From an uncultured delta proteobacterium (lineage in GTDB: Bacteria; Desulfobacterota; Desulfobacteria; Desulfobacterales; JAFDCJ01): a DNA stretch of 64,000 nt. Of the stretch, positions 58,567-64,000 are shown piece after piece. A program made the position numbers and the translations under genes. The stretch spans positions 352,001 to 416,000 of the forward strand of contig CAVYNY010000010.1 in NCBI GenBank assembly GCA_963769935.1, written 5' to 3'. The notes under the pieces were generated by a model. The model searched no databases. It was not told where the DNA came from and saw nothing but the letters and a program-made list of their open reading frames with translations. Positions within the stretch are counted from its first letter, which is position 1. Each line of letters begins with the position of its first letter.

Positions 58567-61500
58567 ATGAAAATACAAAACATGATCCGATTGTTTGTTT
58601 TTGGATTGATGCTTTTTATTTTCGGCAGCGCGACCGGCGCGGAGGCCGACCTGAGATTTAATCCGTTCAACGGGCACTACTACCTGATCCATAACGAAAC
58701 GATGACCTGGAGTGCTGCCAGAGATTATTGCGAATCCCTGGTGGAAGGCGACGTCAGTGGAACCGGTTATTTGGTAACGATAACTACCGATCAGGAAAAT
58801 CAGTTTGTCCACGAATTATTAAGCAACGAGCGCGGTTGGCTGGGCGCAAGTGACGGCGACGGCGAAGACACCTGGAAATGGGTCACGGGTCCCGAAGGCC
58901 AGGACAGCGGTACGGTCTTCTGGAATGGCCCAGGCAGTTCGGCGGGTGGGGTGCCGGTCGAGGGGCGGTACACAAACTGGACCGATGGAAATCAGCCCAA
59001 TGACAGAAACGGCCAGGACTATCTTGAAATGCTGGCCGACGGGGGCTGGAATGACACCGATGGCGATGAGGAATTCCAGTTCGTGTGTGAATTTAATCCG
59101 ACAACCTATTACACCATAACAGCTGCTGCGGGAGCCAACGGAACGATCGAACCCTTCGGCGATCCACCGGGACAGGTAAAAGTGGAAGAAGGTTCCGATC
59201 AGACCTTTACCATTGTTCCGGATCCCGGATACAAGGTGGCTGCCGTTCAGGTGGATGATTCGCCGGCAGGGCTGGATAATAATCAGTATACCTTTAATAA
59301 TGTCGGCAAAGACCACAAAATCGAAGCAACGTTCGTGGAGAACATCCATACCATCACCGCCAGTTTCGGTGCCAACGGCAGCATTTCTCCTGCCGGCAGT
59401 GTGCCGGTGGCGCATGACGCCGAAAAAACATTTACCATATCGGCAGTCCCCGGTTTTCAAATTGGGGCGGTCCTGGTCGATGATATTCCGGCGGCCTTGA
59501 ACGGAGGCCAGTACACCTTTACCAACGTCGATCGCGACCATACCATATCCGTTTCTTTCATCGATGCCAATTCCGAACCTGGGGAGGAGACCGGCGGAAA
59601 CGTGGCCGGCTGTTCCGCCAGCGCTACGGCCGATTATAGCAGCGGTTTTGATCCGCAAGACTTTCTGCTTTTCAATACCAGTGTCGACAACCAAAAACAC
59701 CTGGTGTTGGATACCGGTCATGCGGCCATAGATCCCGCCAAGATTATTATCCCGTTTACCCAGAGCGTTTCAGCCACATTTCTCTACGAGGCTGCCGGAT
59801 TCAAATTTTCAGACTTCGGCTGGCTGCTCGCCGCCGACGGGCCGGGCGGGACGAAACATGAGATATACCAGGATGTGAACGACAACGACCAAAACGGTGT
59901 CTTGGATGTCGGCCCGAACAACACCGCCGATCGTTTCGGCGATACCAACGGCGACGATAAGATTGATGCGTTGGATAATATCAAAGTTTTGGGAACGTTT
60001 AAAGGTGGAACGGAAATTGTATTTTATCTCAAGGTCGATAATGAAAACCAAGCCTATTACACCAAAACCGACTGGAATACGGACACGTATGCTTCAACCA
60101 GCGGCGCATGCACGGGCGATACGATTGAAAAAACTTTCAATCTGGGAATGCCCCTATTGAGTGCCGGTCCTTGCAGTCTGGAAAGCAACTGGATGGAGCA
60201 GACGGCCTTAAATCGCGTCAACGACCTATTCGGGCTGTACTTTGCGGCCGATGATACCGCGACCCTGGAAATCGAAAGGAATAAACCCTTTTCCCATGTC
60301 ATCGTCGGGGCGCCGGGAAACAAGCCGAACGAATGGATTTTAGGTTGGGAGGATCTCAGAGAGGGCGGTGATACCGACCACAACGATCTGGTTTTTCAAA
60401 TCGAACGTAAAACAGGTGGAATGGCGCAGCTCCTATCGACCAGTGCCATCACGCCTCGAACAGGAGGACGCTTATTTCACGGGGGTTACCGTGCGGTTAT
60501 ATGATCGCATGCCCTGTTCGGGTGATTCTAAAATCACCTATTTTCTGTCTATTGACAATGGCCAAAACTGGGTGGAAATCAGGTCCTGGGACGAAGTTTA
60601 CAGCTATGAAGTGGTTGACGGGAGAACGGTTCTCGGTGACAAGATAACCAGTTGGACACCGGGATAATCCGGAATATACCTACCGCTCGCGCAGAATCGA
60701 TTTTGCGGGCCAGGGCCTCTCCGGAAAAAGTCTCATTTGGAAGGCTGAATTTGTCAGCCAGGACGAGCCCTGTAAGCCGGAACTCATTGATCTGGCATTG
60801 GATGCCAGTGTGGCGACCCATGGCTACTTCGCCCGCAGTTCACCGGTTGTCCAGGCCAATGCGCTCTATTCAGGCTATTATGAAACGCCTGAAATGAGCT
60901 GGACGGACAAGAATTTGCGGGGCCATTTGACCGCCACTCGCCTGTATGATCCTGACAACCCGGATGAGACCAGTGAAATTAAGCTCTGGGATGCCGGTGA
61001 AAGATTGAGTATGACGCCTCCTGCGGATAGAATGATATATTTTCCCAACATTGAGGTGGTGACAATCTCAAATGAGGAAATTGCCAGGGGCGACAGCACA
61101 ACCCAAACATTCTCAGGGCAGCTGCATCATCCGGTTTTAGCAACGACGCTGGCAATTACCGACACGCGGGAGACTTTCTACGATAAGCACATCGACGTGC
61201 TGGAAGGTAATAAAGGCGGCGTCGGAACCATCGACCGCTTTAACGGAAAATTCACGGTCTCCTTTAATACGCCACCTCGGGAAGGCCAACCCATAACGGT
61301 TAATTATCGTTACTACTACGCCCATCCGGCACTGCCAGCAGTTTAAAAACGACAATGTTTCCAACGAGATGCTTGGGATTGATGATACGTTTATTTTCCC
61401 GGATGGTTATGTCTATGACTTCAATGAAGACGGCAATGTTGATCAGGCGGATGGCAAGTGGCTGGTCAATTGGGTTCGCGGGTATAATGACGGCGACCAT

Positions 61501-63074
61501 ATTGCCAAGGAATGGCTGCTGGGACCCATCGATCATTCTGTTCCGGCCGTCGCCACTCCGCCGGGAATACCGTTATGGTTTTTCGGAACGGATATAACCG
61601 AAGCAGAGCGATGCAAGCTATAGAGATTTTATCAAAGACGAGAAAATATCAACCCGTCCGACCGTTGTATATGTGGGCGCCCGGGATGGGATGCTCCATG
61701 CCTTTGATGCCGGCAACTTTCGCGACGACGACAACCCAGTGTCCGCTCCGGTCGAGAACCGAGGGTATTTCTTGTGGCAAAATCGGTCAGCGGAGGACTG
61801 CCCCGCTTACTGCAGCGATAATTGCAGCAACTGCCCTGACTACGGCACCGGAAATGAGCTGTGGGCATTTATTCCGGCGAACCTCATGCCGCGCCTGAAA
61901 AACAATCGGCTCAGAAGCGAGGACCAGGCTTATGTCGATGCGTCACCGGCCCTGGCAGATGTATTTATCAACGGCCGCTGGAGAACCGTTTTGCTGGCCG
62001 CCGAGGGCAATGGCGGGGATACGGTGTTTTGCCTGGATGTCACCGATCCTTTAAAGCCTTCTTTTTTGTGGGAGTTTGCTCATCCGGAATTATTCCGCAG
62101 CCGCTCATCTCCATCAGTCAGCTCAAATAGGGAGAATTCTGGACAACGGCACTGCCAAATGGGTGGCATTTTTTGTATCCGGCAAGACCGAAGACCCAAG
62201 CCTGTACCCGTCCATTTATGTGATCAATATTGCAGACGGCAGCAAGGAAGAAAAAATTTCTTTGACTGCTGATGCCGGCGGAATCGGCGGCGTCCCCAGC
62301 GGACAGCCGTCCATCATCGATTCGGACGGCAACGGATACATCGACCGGATTTACATCGGCACGGATAAAGGGCGTATGTATAAGGTCAACATCCCGGATG
62401 ACCCCGATACTCAGAAGTATAATATCAGCCATTGCGTCATCAACACGGATTTCACAGACGACGACTTAGACCCTGAGGTGAACTCAATCCCTGAAGGCCA
62501 GCGATACCATCCCATTTATGGCTCACCGGTCGTCGTTGTCGACAATGGATTGACCGCCGAGGGGAAAATTCATTACAATCTCAGGATATTCTTCGGCACC
62601 GGCGACAGTCCCTACTATGATGAAAATATCAACACAGCTGAAACCAAGTATCACTTTTTTGCTTACCGCGATGAAAGCGGGAAGGGACAGTGTAATGCAG
62701 ATTCCGTCAATTTGGACTGGTTTTTACAGCTTCCCGCAGGCCATCGAATTTTTGCTTCGGCTTTTGCGGCGGCCGGCAATATTTATTTCGGAACTTCAAC
62801 CAGTGAGACCGAGGATCCCTGCGCACCGGGCTCGGGCAATGCCCAGAATACAAACGGGGGAACGCTTTTCGCCTTAACCATGGGCGGCTCCGTCGTTGCA
62901 CAAATAGCGGATGTCGGCAGCATTGTCACGTCGCCTTTGGTTTCAGATGAACACCTCTACCTGCGCTCACAAACCCTTGGCCTAAAATCGTTTGGCGGCA
63001 GCAAGTATAACAATCCAAGCCTGGCCGGAGGCATCGCAGAGTTGCAAATCAAGGCTTGGCGGGAATTGTTCTAA
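58567..63074 (+). CDS. pilY1: PilY1/PilC-like pilus tip adhesin (about 1500 aa), broken by about 5 frameshifts
   Basis: Signal peptide, C-type lectin, two B-repeat-like Ig units, GWEDL..DHNDLVF; C-terminal VGARDGMLHAFDA, GNELWAFIP, YVDASP, DSDGNGYIDRIYIG, FFGTG. Frame changes near 60457, 60662, 61330, 61612 and 62120. Confidence 0.85.
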
Positions 63075-63199
63075 CTTAGGGCTCATTTAACGATTGTTCG
63101 CGAACTGCTATCCCTACCACAACCGTTTTCGAACCTGTAACCATTTTATCCTTGACTGTAAATTTTCATTCATTAAATTTCAGGTGGAACATACCCAAA

Positions 63200-64000
63200 A
63201 TGATTGTATCATTTCATTCAATAATTGAAGCCGACAAAAATATTATCTGCGCCGGGCGTGAGCCCAATGCAGCGGATCTTGCGGCTATCAAGGCCGCCCA
63301 AGCGGTAATCTTGAACCAGGGATGCGGCCGATCATTGTATGAAGCGGCCCGGGCCAACTGTCCGAATGTATTTCCGAATTATGATGCCAAGTTTAAATAC
63401 CCGGGAAAAATCGGTCAGATAAAGCTTTTCCGGAAAATCAATATTTGCCATCCATCAACCAAAATTTATCCGGATATCGCTTCGTTTCAGACACAATATG
63501 ATCAGAAACCCCATCCCTTGCCCTGGTCGTATCCGATTGTTTTTAAATTGGACTGGGGCGGTGAGGGGGAAACAGTATACCTGGTAAACTCAACCGAAAA
63601 CCTGCAAAAAAGACTGAAGCAAACCGCTGAGTATGAAAAATCGGGACAAACCGGATTTTTACTGCAGGAATATGTTCCATCCAACAACAAGTCCCTGCGG
63701 GTTGTGGCCATCGGACAGCGTCTAATTTCCTACTGGCGCATTCAGCAAAACATCGATGTTTTCCATGCCAGCTTGAGCAAAGGGGCTGTAATAGTTTCAA
63801 AGGCGCATCCTGAACTTCAGCATAAAGCAAGGGCAGTTGTCAGGCAAATTTGCCAAAAAACGGGCATTAATTTGGCCGGCTTCGATGTTATCTTTTCATC
63901 AGAAATTGAAGATCCCGAACCCATGCTGCTTGAAATAAACTACTTTTTTGGCAGAAAAGGCCTTGGCGGCTCGGAACCATACTATAAGATATTGCAGGAG
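63200..64000 (+). CDS. RimK-like ATP-grasp protein, runs off the window edge
   Basis: Hand translation from ATG 63200: MIVSFHSIIEADKNIICAGREP...PIVFKLDWGGEGETV...LLQEYVP...LAGFDVI...LLEINYFFGRKGLGG. Confidence 0.82.
   Translation, partial: MIVSFHSIIEADKNIICAGREPNAADLAAIKAAQAVILNQGCGRSLYEAARANCPNVFPNYDAKFKYPGKIGQIKLFRKINICHPSTKIYPDIASFQTQYDQKPHPLPWSYPIVFKLDWGGEGETVYLVNSTENLQKRLKQTAEYEKSGQTGFLLQEYVPSNNKSLRVVAIGQRLISYWRIQQNIDVFHASLSKGAVIVSKAHPELQHKARAVVRQICQKTGINLAGFDVIFSSEIEDPEPMLLEINYFFGRKGLGGSEPYYKILQE

Overview
Chromosomal window of about 50 genes. Gene content and the short intergenic repeats suggest a deltaproteobacterium of the Desulfobacterales type (inference). In order: a sugar ABC transporter operon with two Gfo/Idh/MocA oxidoreductases and a SIS protein; Ada/Ogt, MATE, ABC exporter and QueG-like genes; two class III nucleotidyl cyclases plus a truncated hydrolase gene; Fpg; an MlaF-type ATPase fused to a degenerate GGDEF domain; an acyl-CoA synthetase; a four-gene operon (AdoMetDC-like, GNAT, ATP-grasp, PLP decarboxylase) with a sigma-54 promoter and a divergent activator; an orphan molybdopterin oxidoreductase; recX, PilZ, flgM (sigma-28 promoter), sppA and divergent hsp20/dnaK; a repeat-extended FlhG/MinD ATPase (sigma-54 promoter); a c-di-GMP-I riboswitch upstream of a small unknown ORF; and a type IV minor-pilin cluster (fimT-pilW-pilV-pilX-pilY1) with a structured leader and a mosaic, multiply frameshifted PilY1. 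No rRNA, tRNA, CRISPR array, transposase or integrase was seen. The best candidate for an undescribed system is the sigma-54 decarboxylase/GNAT/ATP-grasp operon at 26898-32775. All calls come from reading motifs by eye; no database searches were run.
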